In this document: positions 39,108 to 53,530 of the stretch, one piece after another
Position numbering within the stretch: position 1 is the first letter of the stretch
Layout: every line of letters starts with the position of its first letter
Assembly (NCBI GenBank): GCA_964016885.1
Contig: OZ024758.1
Span: 21,390,001 to 21,454,000, forward strand
Reading direction: 5' to 3'
Source: Eledone cirrhosa
Taxonomy: Eukaryota
Length of the DNA stretch: 64,000 nucleotides
The notes under the pieces: generated by a model
Database searches by the model: none
Seen by the model: only the letters and a program-made list of their open reading frames with translations
What the model was told of the DNA's origin: nothing
Program-made: the position numbers and the translations under genes

Positions 39108-41410
39108 AGGGTGTTAAAGTTTGCTTGAAGCATTGTGAAATGTGTAAAATATGTAGTTTAGAAAGCCACAACAATGCAGATGGGAAATCTCGAGGTAGGA
39201 AGTGAGTGAGAAATAGGAGAAAAGTGAAATATATATATGTGTGTGTGTGAGAGCGAGAGAGTGTACTGAAGATGCTGATATAGGTTAACTACATTAAGTG
39301 ATTGATGTAGGCTTACAGTGCTAATTACCTATATTTAATATCTTATTTTCTGTGAAAAGGTTGCCTGTCAATTTTATACTCTTTACCGTACAGTTTAGTC
39401 TGCGTAGTACACGCACTTAATCATTAATTGCATTATGTATTATGTCAATAGGTGACATGTGATTTGATATTTTATCACCGCCTACAATTTACACCACACT
39501 TTATTCATGAGTCTTTTCTTAGTTTCACTTATTCGGTTTAAATATATGCACTTTTAGGGAATATAATAGACAGTGAAACCAGTAATATTATCTAGGGAAA
39601 TGCAAGAATCATTATGGGTATGTAGTATGTCCAGTACCTCTGTTAAAGTTGTTATACAGAAGGTGTTGGCTGTAAACTGCGTTAATCTTGTTATGCATAA
39701 TATGCCTATTGTCTAAAATAAGCAGAGGAAAATATAATCATGGCTGAATTTGTCGGTAGTATTAATTGATAAGATACTGTCTTCGAAGTATTATACATAA
39801 CATATTTAATTTCTACTAAGATTTAATTGCGCTTTGCATAAGAATTTCTAAATGAGCCAACTCAACAATAAATTAAGTTTACTTATTTTCCCACCCAATT
39901 GTCCGTAATTATGCTTACTGGTGATACTGGAAAACAAAAACAAAGAACTTTTATTATAAACGCACTTCGTATATGAAAGGTAAGACCACTAGTAAAGATA
40001 CGCTATATATAAAAATGTAGAAGGTTAATAAAACTGATTTAAATTGTATAGTGTTTCTTGCAGTAATCAAAGAAGTAAAGACATTATAATAACCTATAGG
40101 AGTTTTTATGTAAATAAGGTTAGGATTGCTTTCTATAAGCACGTGTAGCAGTAAATCTTTACATATATTGTTCTATGTCAAACTATATGAAAATTAGTCA
40201 GCGTTTAGCACATCATAAACATTATTTCGCTATGGTTCTCCCCTTAGGGCAGAAGTGGGCGTGAAAAAAAGATGTCTTGTAAAGGACATGTAAAGTTAGA
40301 ATTTAAAATAGTGTAATATAATGCATAAGTCCTTGGACATAATGTTCTTAGGAATGAAGGAATACATGTAATGGTGTGTCGCTACCAATACGAAAGAACG
40401 GAGCCGATGGCAGTTATAATGGTAGGTAAAACATGGTTGAAATATGTGTATTTTATAGCAAGTTCTGATAACAATAGAGATTTCAGTGTGAAGACACTGA
40501 AGTCGTCTGTGGTAATAGTGGTAATAATGAAAGAGGAGAATATACATTCTAGAAGGAAGCCGTGTAAACTTAAATATATTTTGACAATTACTTCTATATG
40601 TATCTGTTTTGAATTCGATATACGGCATGTCTGTCATTGGATTAAAATTCACATTTTAAATATACAAAAGCTGTGGGGGGTCGGAATTCAGTATGAGAAT
40701 AACTTCTCGACTGGATTACATTTTCATTCCATAGAAGCAAAACGAAAAATCGGCGTGTGTATTTAAATATTGAAATTTTATCTAATAAACGTGTGAAGTG
40801 AAATATTGTATTGTTGCTAAATCCAAATAATTCTAGCGAAATACATTATATTAGTAACTTATTAATCAAAACGTTAATAACACATTGGATTTTTAAATAA
40901 ATTGTATTAAATATCTACATCTAATTTCACTGTTTATTGTTTGCAGTCTAGTTTTAGCAATGAAATTATTATTAATTTATTCGAATTACAAATGTTTAAG
41001 CAATCAATATATTTTTTTATTTTTCTATATTCGCTTTCATAATCGTTATATTTCTATTAATTTCATTACCGTTTGCAGTTTAAAATTGTTCCTGCTGCTT
41101 TAGCAATATATAGGAAAGAATATTAAAAAAGAAACATTGCAGACAAAACAACAATTAACTATAAATGTATATTGCATAAATACACAAATATATATTTTCA
41201 TAATACGAAATGAAAACAAGAATGAGTAGAATTGTTCAGACATTCACCTAGAGAAATATTGTTAGTACTATTTTCGACTAACGAATAAGAAATACAATAC
41301 ATTTCTGTAGATAATTGTTAATGTCCATCGAGCTTATATCTATTAAACTGAAATCTGAGTCATTTATCGCGATTGAACACATCTGTAGTGGAAACGTACT
41401 CTTTGGGATA

Positions 41411-41594
41411 CCCAGCGCGTCTCCCTCCCTTACAATCCTTCAGGGAAACATCTTCTCTATTCTGCCCGTCGGGTCTGTGGAGTGCCCAGCGCGTGGTGCT
41501 CCATTAGCTCACAATAGAGAGAGATGTGGAGAGCGGGAGAAACGAAGGCAGTGACAGTGGAAGTTCGGTACGTTTGTGTTCGGACCTGGTATGT

Positions 41595-41641
<47 letters not shown>

Positions 41642-41656
41642 TCACGGGGACACACA
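41411..41656 (-). repeat. Unclassified dispersed repeat, family E
   Basis: Reverse complement aligns with 53531-53735; internal (TA)n. Confidence 0.7.
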
Positions 41657-42068
41657 CGTCATTAGGTGCATTAGCAGATTAGATTACTTCCCAGGAATAG
41701 AGAATATTATGATGTCTATTATCAGGGATGTTTGGTAGATGTAAACCTCATCTGAAGTAATAAAGCCAAGAATCTGTGATAAGGTTAGCGGTTTTAGCAT
41801 ATATAGTGTCCCCTATTTTCTTTTAAATGCTGCGTTGTGTTCATTAATTCATTAATAATAAGGTACCCACCGAACGTGAACATGCAATTGTGATTGCCTT
41901 TCATCTGTGAACATTTGAATAGTTTTATTGAATTTAGATATCGATGCTGCACAGTGTTATGTTCGATTTTTTATACAGAGAAAGCTTCTATCGATAGAAT
42001 AGTATTCCATTTAAGGGAAATATTACCACGCACTTTTAAATAAATAAATAGGCAGAGAGATATGTAGG

Positions 42069-42113
<45 letters not shown>

Positions 42114-42787
42114 TTCTTCATTTGCCACAAGGGCGTGCAAAAATGGAACATTACAAGACGTGACAGCGGGGGTTTTACATAAAATCTTTAACAATAATGA
42201 ATAACAATAAATTATATATAAAATAAAACAATCGATATCCCCAATAGTGGGGCACGTTAGTGCGGGGTTAGACAGACAGAAATAGAGAGATGGAGAGACA
42301 GATATATAGAGATGGAGAGATAGAAAGATGAGAGAGAGAGAGAGTTACTCTTCTTCTATGGTAAATATTCAATATTCATAACTATGAGGAATTAGATAAC
42401 GGATTCGAAATTAGCAGATTAGAAACTATACCTAACATTGTTTATGGAAATAATTTGAAATCGAATGGCGTTAATTACACCCGTTGACACAAGACTAATA
42501 TGAACATATCTCATTACATGTACATATTATCGTTTTCAAATAATTTTCATAAAAGTGCATAGACATCTGCCTTCTTGAGTGTTGTTTATCATATCTGAAG
42601 TTCGACGTTGAATATGTTTAGTAGTATGAATCTCAGATTTATGACTGATCACCAGTGAAGCTATTTATTTGATTAAATTCTGTTCCAGGGAACATCTAAA
42701 ATCTACAATTTCAAAACTCTTATAGTACTGTATGCTGTATTATGTATAATACACTACTTCGTATGATATAAGATATTTTCCAATATG

Positions 42788-42905
42788 TGAGGGTCGGCTG
42801 AAAAGGTCATAGGTTATCTAAAACGTTAAAGGCATTTTCTGTGCACTAATTTCAACTCTTCTTCTTTATAAGTGCGTTGGTTTCTACTAGTGAATATGTT
42901 GAAAA
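42788..42905. mobile_element. Mariner-MITE terminal fragment
   Basis: GAGGGTCGGCTGAAAAGGTCATAGG TIR plus reverse complement of the internal unit of 31310-31856. Confidence 0.6.
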
Positions 42906-44008
42906 ATGTTGTCCGACGCTCTACCGAGACTGCCAACAAACCACCTCTTTTTGAAAATAATACTAATCATAATTTAAGAACATTAATTGTGAGAATAATT
43001 TAAGAAAAACTGCAAAACCCTTCTGGTATGAAAACCATTTTTTTTTTTTTTACACATATCCAGTTTCCATTCCCAGAAATCATCTGGTAGGCTGGTTAAA
43101 TATCCAACTAATTTTAAAATGGACGATCCATTCTATAATATAGACCACGAAAGAGAAGTTTGCTACTGGAACGTCTTTCAAAATAGTTCTCCTCGGTGAA
43201 GCCTGGTCGAGATAATACCAATAAAATATAGATGTGAGAATCAGTGAACTCTTCCAATTCGTGTGGTCATAGAAAGGACACCTTGAATCAACATAGATTA
43301 AAGGAGAAGCTCAATGTCACTTGGAATATTCAGTTGGCCTTTAGAATCCTTCAAATTTTCATTCTTGTAAAAAATTAAAATATATTATACTGCATTGCAC
43401 GTCAAGTTCACAATGAGAAACGAATTGCGTGTTTAAGTAATGTATAGATAATTTGTGTTAGCTGTGAGTTTGAAATAGTTCTCAGACTTATTCCCCTTTC
43501 TCATAAATATTTCGCGTGATGAAAACCATTTTACTCTCTAACGCCACCTTCCAAGCAATGATGTTCCTCTGGAAGTAGTATAAGATATTTAGAAGTGAGA
43601 GTTTCTTGTGACCTCAACAATCCATTGAAATTACTATTTCCTTGCTCTCTGCACTTATAAATAAGTTATTAGACGAAACAATAAACTATCTTTTTGAGCT
43701 CAAACCTAATCAAACGTTATACACGTTGTGTACAATTATGTAAAACGCAGGTAGGTAGCACACTAAAATGTCTACATCATACCATAAAGTGACCTATAAA
43801 AATGTTTACACTTCATATAATCAATATCAGTTTTAATACGGTGGTCAGTATTGCCACGGAAGACATTCACTGTAAGAATATTAATGTTTAGAATCACGAT
43901 ATTTCTGAATTAACTCCCAGTACTAAACTTTTACTGAAATTGCATTCTTTCGGCAACGCAGCTTCAATTACAAACATTTTCTATCTATGCATGTATACAT
44001 ACACACTT

Positions 44009-44142
<134 letters not shown>

Positions 44143-44514
44143 TGTGTGTCTGTATCTGTGTGTCTGTTCGTTCATAAACGTAATCTCCAATGGTAAATAC
44201 ATAGAGATATATTGATGTATAAACGCTATATATGTACATAGCCATACTTCCCAGCAGATATAATATATTAGAAAAATCCTGTAGTTTTGCCGATCAGAGC
44301 TTCGGGAAACCTAACAGAATTAATTTGCCAGTAATGTTTATCTTTCACACTAGGACTTTATTAACTGCGGCCAACTTTCTACAAGAGGACGACGCGATAA
44401 AAATACTTCCATCTTTCAATTCCCTATTCTCATTTCATTATCATTTTTCATTTCCTATTTCACTTACAAACTCCCCAGACTCTTTCCCATTCATAATATA
44501 AACTAAATATAAAC

Positions 44515-44627
44515 TGCAAAAATCACCTCCATACACACAAACACTGGTAGCCCCATTACCTACATACATGTTACCGTATACACAGATACATGTATACGTG
44601 TGTGTGTGTATATGTGTGTACGTGTGA

Positions 44628-44660
<33 letters not shown>

Positions 44661-44697
44661 ATGGGGCTACCAGTGTGTGTATGGAGGTGTTTTTGCA
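44515..44697. repeat. ~40-bp inverted repeat around a microsatellite spacer
   Basis: TGCAAAAATCACCTCCATACACACAAACACTGGTAGCCCCATTAC (44515-44559) vs GTAATGGGGCTACCAGTGTGTGTATGGAGGTGTTTTTGCA (44658-44697). Confidence 0.88.
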
Positions 44698-44858
44698 CAC
44701 ACACGTACAGTAACAAAGACACACACACACACACATGTACACAAATATATATATATATATATACACACACGTGCATACACACACACAAACATCTACACAC
44801 ATAAATACACACACACACATACACACAAACACACACATACACAAACACACATACACAA

Positions 44859-44908
<50 letters not shown>

Positions 44909-45368
44909 GTACAGAAACATATACACACATATACATATATACACCCAGATGTACAGAAACATATACAAACACATACACATACACCCAGAAATACACAAAC
45001 ATACATACACTCATACACATGCACACATACATAAACATACATACACATACATATATACACACACATACCCATACACACCCACACACACCCACACAAACAC
45101 ATATACACACACGTACACAAACGTACACCCCCCCACACACACACACGTATACAAACATACAAACATACCCACGTACACACATACACACACGTACAGTAAC
45201 ACACACACACATACACATACACGTACACATACATTTATTTACATACACACACACACACGTACACATACATACATACACACACACACACACATACACACAC
45301 ACACACACACATACACACGTACATACATATATATACATACGCACACATATGCACACAAACACACATAA
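44698..45368. repeat. Degenerate (CA)/(TA) low-complexity tract
   Basis: Direct inspection. Confidence 0.93.
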
Positions 45369-45936
45369 ATAACTACACAGCATTTAATATATCTAAAGCA
45401 TTTTTAATAAATTTTCCCATTTGTTTTTCCTACCTTCCGGATTTTTCCCTCCATTAATATATTACATTATAGTTTATTTATTATTTCACATATATTATAT
45501 AATATTTTATGCCTATTGTATTATTGAACAATACAAATTGCTTCCAATGTTGTGATTGTCTTACGTATATATTGTTCATTTTCAAGGTTTGCGTTCTTTA
45601 TTCGTTAATCAAGTGTATTCTAACCCCAGGTATTTCACTGTAGTTCTCTAATGTCAATGTTATTGTGTGGTTTGATTTTTTTTTTTATTTGATTTTTGTT
45701 TTATTTTTAATGCGACATACCTCAATGAAGGGCTGATATGTATGTATGTGTTTATGTATGTGTGTGTGTATGTATATGTGTGTGTGTGTATGTCTGTGTG
45801 TATATATATATATTTACATATGTGTATATACTATGTATGTGTGTATATATATATATTTACATATGTGTATATACTATATATATATATATATATATATATA
45901 TTTACATGTGCATATTCAAATATATTTTCTTGTGTA

Positions 45937-45959
<23 letters not shown>

Positions 45960-45976
<17 letters not shown>

Positions 45977-46290
45977 CATGTGTATATATCTATATGTTTA
46001 CATGTGTATATATCTATATATTTACAAGTGTATATATCTATATTTACAAGTGTATATATCTATATTTACAAGTGTATATATCTATATTTACATGTGTATA
46101 TATCTATATTTACATGTGTATATATCTATATTTACATGTGTATATATCTATATATTTACATGTGTATATATCTATATATTTACATGTGTATATATCTATA
46201 TATTTACATGTGTATATATCTATATATTTACATGTGTATATGTATATACATATATATATATATATGTATAAATATTAACGTGTATATATC

Positions 46291-46322
<32 letters not shown>

Positions 46323-46434
46323 AATATTTACATGTGTATATATCTATATATTTATATATATATATATATATTTACATGTGTATATATCTATATATTTATA
46401 TATATATATATATATTTACATGTGTATATATCTA

Positions 46435-46472
<38 letters not shown>

Positions 46473-46505
46473 CATGTGTGTATATATATATATATATATA
46501 TTTAC

Positions 46506-46552
<47 letters not shown>

Positions 46553-46690
46553 CATGTGTGTATATATATATATATATAAACATATTTACATGTGTATATA
46601 TGTATATATATATATATATAAATATTTACATGTGTATATATATATAAATATTTACATGTGTATATATATACATATGTGTATTATTAAAAT
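45960..46690. repeat. 22-24 bp minisatellite TTTACA(T/A)GTGTATATATCTATA(TA)
   Basis: More than 20 copies with variable TA length. Confidence 0.93.
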
Positions 46691-47311
46691 ATATATATAT
46701 ATATATACACGCATAGTTAAACCTATTTGCATACGTATACACATATAGATACATATAGATACATATGCACATGTATAAACATATACATACATATAGATAT
46801 ACATGTATATACATATGCATATACATGTATATCTATATGCATATACATATATAGACATACATATAGATGCACACATATATCGTGACCGGCAGTCAAAATA
46901 AAGAGAGACAAAGTCGAGACATGGACAGAAACTATATGCAGTGGAGCGAGTATAAAACGTCTAAAGTGAAAGAATGATCGATATTAAAATGCCTAATAAA
47001 TTTCCCGTACCCAGTTAACATGTATATGAAAGAGGTAAATTCACAGAACAGACTACTTGTACCAACAGAGATTATATTGAATTTCTATAAAGAATACTAA
47101 ATGCTCAATTCATATTTTTTTCAGTTTTGTATGTGTATGAGTGTTTTTATTTCTGAAATAGCGTCATCCTCTCGAAATTTATTCCCCTGTCTTAATAAAG
47201 ATAATTGTTATATAGAATACACAAGAATCAAAGCTATGTTAGAACATTTAATTGCTGACAATTGTTTCTTCCAAGCCTAGGCTTGGTGTCTTCGGAGCAT
47301 TATTAATAATG

Positions 47312-47497
47312 GGCGGTGGATTGGCAGTATCTGTAGAGGGTCGGACGCCATGCTTTGATGCATAGAGTTACGGCCCTTGCCATTCTGAGTTCAAATCCAG
47401 CCGAGGTTAACTTTGCCTTTCATCCTTATGGGTTCGATAAAATAAAGTACCAGTAATGCACTGGATAATTGCTAGCCTTGTGCCTAAAGTAGAAACA
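47312..47497 (+). mobile_element. SINE-A short form, full length
   Basis: 13-bp TSD ATTATTAATAATG at 47299-47311 and 47498-47510. Confidence 0.95.
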
Positions 47498-47545
47498 ATT
47501 ATTAATAATGTTTGTACATATAATCAGCCTCCTATTCCGCTGAAG

Positions 47546-48552
47546 ATAATTGTTACTACATTTGGCACAAAGCCTGCAATAACCCAGTGTATTACTGGTA
47601 CTTTATGTTATCGACCCCGTAAGGATGAAAGGTAAAATTAGCCTCGGCGGGATTTGAACTCAGAACATAAAGGGCCGTAACTATTTGCTGGAAAGCATGG
47701 CGTCCGACCCTCTACCGATATTGCCAATTCATATTAACTACAAGTGAGAGTAATTAAAATAATTGTTTCTACTTTTGGCATGAGGCGAGCAATTACACAG
47801 TACATTACTGGTACTTTATTTTATCGACCCCCGTTACAATGAAAGGCAAGGTTAACCTCGGTGGAATTTTAACTCAGAATAGCAACGGCCTTAACTCTAT
47901 GCGTTAAAGCAGGGCGTTCGACCCTCTACCGATACTGCCAATCCACCGCCCTTATAAAGATAATAAAGATAATGCCTTATAAAGATAATGGTTTCTTATA
48001 TAGGCAAAAGGCCAGCAATTTGGGGGGAGGGGGAAGTCGAATAAATCGACCCCAGCTGCATGACTGGTACTTTATTTTATCGAGCCCATAAGGATGAAAG
48101 GCAAAGTTAACCTCGGCAGGATTTGAACTCAGAATGGCAAGGGCCGTAACTCTATGCGTCAACGCATGGCGTCCGACCATCAATCGATACTGCCAATACA
48201 CCGATAATTAACTACAAGTGAGAGTAATTAAAATAATTGTTTCTACTTTTGGCACAAGGCCAGCAATTAACCAGTACATTACTGGTACTTTATTTTATCG
48301 ACCCCGTAATTATGAAAGGCAAAGTTAACCTTAGAGGGATTTGAACTAATATCATAAAGGGACGTAAATAATTGTTTCTACTTTTGGCACAAGGCCAGCA
48401 ATTAACCAGTGCATTACTGGTACTTTATTTTATCGACCCCGTAAGGATGAAAGGCAAAGTTAACCTCGGCGGGATTTGAACTCAGAATGGCAAGGGCCGT
48501 AACTCTATGCATCAAAGCATGGCATCCAACCCTCTACCGATACTGCCAATTC
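47546..48552 (-). mobile_element. Array of five SINE-A copies (47546-47730, 47759-47950, 47985-48203 long form, 48233-48367 truncated, 48368-48552)
   Basis: All minus strand; nested duplications of 28 bp (47733-47760 / 48207-48234) and 17 bp (48356-48372 / 48554-48570). Confidence 0.93.
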
Positions 48553-48797
48553 AAAAGGGACGTAAATAATATTAGTCAAATAAAGATTGATGTATTTATA
48601 TGTTCCCTATTCAGACCCGTCAACTCCGTACATGTGGTTAAAAGTATCGGTTTATCTAAATGTGATTACTTCTCGGTTTCTATGTACAAGCCATAGAAAA
48701 CAATCAATTTATCACTGGCTTTCTTGAACATTAATATAACTAAGGACATGACTATGGATAGAAGAAAAGTTTCCAACATGAATGCAAATACGTATAC

Positions 48798-49171
48798 CAG
48801 ACTTGTCAACTCTCCACATCTAACGGGGAGATCTCCCACCCTTTTGGGGTTGGGTGATAGATGTCTTCTCTTTTGAACATAGGTATACATTTCATTATTG
48901 GCAGTATCGGTAGAGAGTCGGACGCCATGCTTTCCAGCATAGTTACGTCCCTTTACAGTCTGAGTTCAAATCCCGCCGAGGTTTACTTTGCCTTTCATCC
49001 TTACGGGGTCGATAAAATAAAGTACCAGTAATGCACTGGGTAATTGCTGGCCTTGTGCCTAAAGTAGAAACAATTATGTAAGATCTCCCCATTTTGCTTC
49101 ATTTCTCCCCGTTTTGGGGCCATTTTTTTCATGGTACTCTCCGTTTGGGTTTTTATAGGTTTGCCGGTTTG
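48798..49171 (-). mobile_element. MITE family F, full length, carrying SINE-A
   Basis: Ends CAGACTTGTCAAC and GTTTGCCGGTTTG; both halves align with 25853-26049. Confidence 0.8.
48898..49077 (+). mobile_element. SINE-A short form, near consensus
   Basis: ATTAT duplicated at both junctions. Confidence 0.93.
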
Positions 49172-49536
49172 ATATTATCCTTTATGACTTTGGATAGAGG
49201 AACAGGTGTTATCTAGGGAGAGAAAGAAAAAGGAACACACTTAAGGATACTATGTATCAATTAATAATCTACTGACGATGTATATTATGTTTATTTTAGC
49301 ACAGTATCCGACCATTGCTGACATGTGAGTTTATGTAGATCACCTAATGTGACGCGTGAGACAAACCTTGCTATCAGCTGAGTCCGTCGTGAATATTCTT
49401 TGTTTGAACTCGTAAATGTCTGTTGATATTGCTAAACATTTTTCTTACAAAAATCCCTCATATTGTACCATCCTGTTTCGCCTATGTTTTCTTGATGTCA
49501 CCCTGTATGGCTAACACAAAAACCCTCATTATTACT

Positions 49537-50063
49537 GGATTGGCAGTATCGGTAGAGGGTCGGACACCATGCTTTGACGCATAGAGTCACATCCCTTTAT
49601 GATCTGAGTTCAAATCCCGCCGAGGTTAACTTTGTCTTTCATCGTTATGGAGCCGATAAAATAAAGTACCAGTAATACACTGGGATAATTGCTGGTCTTG
49701 TACTAAAAGTAGAAACAATTATTACTACTACAATTAGATTGGCAGTATCGGTAGAGCGTCGGACAAGACGTTTTATGGCATAGAAGTACGGTCCTTTACG
49801 TTCTGAGTTCAACTGCCACTGAAGCTAGCTTTACGTTTCCTGCTAACGGTGTCGATAAAATGAAGACCAGTACCGCACTGGGGTCGATTTAAACGACTTG
49901 CCATTCCTCCTAAATAGTTGGCTTCGTGCCTAAATCAGGAACCATGATTATTCGCATATCCCGCCGAGGTTAACTTTGCCTTTCATCCTTACGGGGTCGA
50001 TAAAATAAAGTACCAGTAATGCACTGGGTAATTGCTGGCCTTGTGCCAATAGTAGAAACAATT
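49537..50063 (+). mobile_element. Three SINE-A copies (49537-49717; 49737-49950 diverged long form; 49960-50063 truncated)
   Basis: TSDs ATTATTACT (49528-49536 / 49718-49726) and ATTATTC(G/A)CATAT (49947-49959 / 50064-50076). Confidence 0.9.
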
Positions 50064-50747
50064 ATTATTCACATATTGGTAATTCTCAGATTTTTAAATA
50101 TTAATTTTTGTGTTAACGTTTAAGGTAAAATATGGTTATGACTTGAAAGAGACACAGGATCAACTAAAAAGTCAGAATACAGAAAGTACAAAAGGTGTCA
50201 CATTAATCATGAAGCAAATAAAAATAATAAAATAGTTTGAGAAACAAATAATAATTTATTAGTAAAACAAACATTGGAGCAATCAGTCGTAACGATATAG
50301 AAAAATATAAACAAAAATAAACAAAGCGAAGCACACGTGACAATGGCTTCTTATGCAAATTCCGTTTAATAGATATTAAAATTTTTTCGAGGTCGTGGGT
50401 ATTTTCTGACCTGGTCTGGTTCGCCTCTTCACCAGAATTGCATTGACCTTATTCCAGGGCGCGTATTTTATTTTTCTTTGTGTGAAGGGAAGAAATAGAG
50501 TAAAGGAACGAAGGTTATTAGTGTTGTGGGAAGCTCTGATTTCAATCAAGAAATTGTAGGTTTTCATTTAATTATATCACATCTGTGAACTTTTGTGTAA
50601 TTTTTAACGAGAAAATAATTCTAATGTAACGTATCTCAATAAATGTCGTTGCGCTTTACACCATAATTTGAAGTTTTTTTTTTTTTTCGAATGTATACAT
50701 CTTCATTGAATAAGAAGCCCTTGTGTCAATAATGAAGACATGATAAT

Positions 50748-51553
50748 AATAATTTGTTTCTACTTGTAGCCCAAGGCCAGCAATGGGCAGGAGAGAGTGG
50801 TAAGTTTATTAAATCAATTCCAATACGTTACTTGTGTTTTATTTTATCGACCCCCGAATGGATAAAAGGACGAACTAATATCGGCGCGATTTGAATACAG
50901 AATGTAAAGGGACATAACGCTATGCGGCACTGCATGTTTGACGTTCTACTGATATTGCCAATTCACCGGTATAATATTGTTTTGGACTTAGGGAAAAGCC
51001 AGCAATTTTATCGACCTCGAAGGATGAAAGGCAAAGTTAACACTGGAGGAATTTGAACTCAGTACATAAAGGCACACAATCATATGCTGTAAAGCACATT
51101 GTCTGGGGTTCTTCTCATAGTACTAATCCACTGATCTAATAATTTTCTACTTTTGGCACAAGGCCAGCAATTATCCCAGTACATTACTGGTATTTTATTT
51201 TATCGACCCCGTAAGGATGAAAGGCAAAGTTAACCTCGGCGGGATTTGAACTCAGGTCATAAAGGGAAGTAACGCTATGCTACAAAGCCTGGCGTACCAC
51301 CCTCTACCGATACTACCAAATAATATTATTAATAGTTGTTTCTACTGAAGGCACAAGCCCAGCAATTTTGGGGGAATGGGGAAAGTCAATTAAAACGACC
51401 CTCGTGCGTGACTGGTACTTTATTTTATTGACTCACTAAGGATGAAAGGCACAGCTAACCTCGGCGGGATTTGAACTCAGACTGTAAAGGGCTCTTGCTC
51501 TATGCTGCAAAGCATCGTGTTGGACGCTGTACCGATAATGTCAATCCACCGCC
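50748..51553 (-). mobile_element. Four tandem SINE-A copies (50748-50968 long, 50974-51134 internally deleted, 51138-51319 short, 51332-51553 long)
   Basis: Consensus matches of different divergence, same orientation. Confidence 0.88.
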
Positions 51554-52877
51554 TTATTATTATAATTATTATAATTGACCTAGCTGGGCTAAATGGTGAT
51601 GAATTCAGTGTTTTCCTTTCGTTCTCTACACCTGTGACGGAAGACCAAAATAGATTTATATATTGCGGCGACAACTTAATGCTCTATTAATTCGGCAGAT
51701 AGGATACTGAGTGTTTGGAAAATAGAATAAACAGACCATAAGTTTGTAATTTCTTTCCTTTAATATTGATGATAGAAACTGTACATTTGAAACGACAAGA
51801 CAAATTTCCTGGTTTCTTAGAATCGTTGTATAGCTGTTAAATGACTCACATTATAGTTGTTTCTCGAAAGTAATTGAAAAAGTATTACATGTTAAATGCA
51901 TTTCACACATTTTTTTTCCTCTCAGATTTAATATTTTCTCTCACTCATATTCTTACAACTTCAGTTATAATAAAATCCGATATGCGAAGCCAAATGCTAT
52001 GAATTCCATCATTATAATAATGAAATCTATTTATTATCTAATATAATAAGACATCTTTCACTAACTTAACGTGTCACTTTATAGATTATTGAAGCATCGT
52101 TGACTATGTTTTCTAAATACAAAGAGACGAAACAGAGAATGCAGCTTTGTTAGTTGATAATCAATAGAAAAAAAACATTGTCGCAAATACATATATACAG
52201 ATACATATACACTTGCATACACACATTATTATATTTACCTGTCATGTGCAGTAAAATCAAAGTTTATGGAAACAAGAACAATCTTTGAACATTTCTGTTG
52301 TAAATATACGTTGTCGGATGGTACAATAAGCTAATAATGTGTATATCCAAACAAATCGACAGAAAATATGTGATGTTCTCAGAAAATTTATTCACCCATA
52401 TTTCTAGTGTTATGACAAGTTGAATGTAGCTTTTCTGAAGCATTCTACAGAAAATATCACTACAGGCAGCCTTTCATAATAGCTGATCTATAGGTGAATT
52501 GACAAATGAAGCGTCCAATATTATTGTATTTTGGATCTGTAGCTAGAAAGCTAGAATGTTAAACTGTTTTTCTGGCAAAGAGCAAATCGGAAATTTAATT
52601 TTGGTGAATTCAAAGTGAATGAATGATGGTGCTATTATCTTGTAGGATAGCTCTTCAACCAATCATGTAAGTCGATTAGTGTTTCTGCTCAAATGTTAAT
52701 AGTATTATATAAGTGATAAATGTGTGAGAACTTTTAGTGTAGCAGTAAAACTTATTCCTGATAAGATAAAACGTATAATTCATCTTTTATATACCTGTAT
52801 AAATATAACATAAATCGCAGTCACACTCTTTTGAGCACAGACGCACACAAATATATGGGTGTGTGTGTGTGTGTGTA

Positions 52878-53020
52878 GGCAGCAGAGTCGTCAGAATGAT
52901 GAATAGAATGCTTTATGGTGTTCGTTCTGAATCTTTGAGTTCAAATTCGACCGAGATCTACATTGTCTGCCATCTTTTGAGGTCGATAAAAACATACCAG
53001 TCAAGTACTGGTGCAGATTC
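52878..53020 (+). mobile_element. Old SINE-A relative
   Basis: GAGTTCAAATTCGACCGAG...CCATCTTTTGAGGTCGATAAAAACATACCAGTCAAGTACTGG. Confidence 0.6.
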
Positions 53021-53367
53021 TTCCTCTATATTTATTTATCACTTTGTATCCTCAAATAGGCCCTGTTCATGCACACTTACGTATAAAAGAATTCTGCTGT
53101 GGACATCCTGCTTTTGTTTGTATTGAATATTCTACTGTTCAATGTTTAGTTGTTTCTTAATTTATGATAGTAAAGTGTGCTTTAAAGGGTATTTGGCTAC
53201 TATTTCTAGCAGAACAAGCAACTAAGTCTCATCTCGTTGACACGAGAAAATATGCATTTAATGACGGCGTCTGTGAATATCAATTGAAAAGGTAATTGGT
53301 ATCAAACATATCAGCTGTTGAGATATATTATAAATATAACATATATATATATTATATAAATATATAT

Positions 53368-53503
53368 CTTTGACGCATAGTTACGGCCCTTGCCATTCTG
53401 AGTTCAAATCCCGCCGGGGTTAACTTTGCCTTTCATCCTTACGGGGTCGATAAAATAAAGTACCAGTAATGCACTGGCATTGTGCCAAAAGTAGAAACAA
53501 TTA
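53368..53503 (+). mobile_element. SINE-A, 5'-truncated
   Basis: Consensus match; ATTATATAAA(A)TATATAT TSD-like flanks. Confidence 0.9.
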
Positions 53504-53530
53504 TATAAAATATATATACTGTATACATGA

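Noticed and set aside
40296-40766. Overlapping 118 and 131 aa ORFs in unique sequence
   Set aside because: No recognisable motif in the frames I translated; a small exon cannot be excluded without blastx or RNA-seq
47312-47405. tRNA gene-like A/B boxes (also 31089, 33449, 56116)
   Set aside because: Heads of multi-copy SINEs; no proper cloverleaf, and they continue into SINE core and tail
47299-51553. Repeat-spacer-like array (CRISPR-like)
   Set aside because: Repeats are ~190-bp SINEs with TSDs and irregular spacing in eukaryotic DNA; no cas genes
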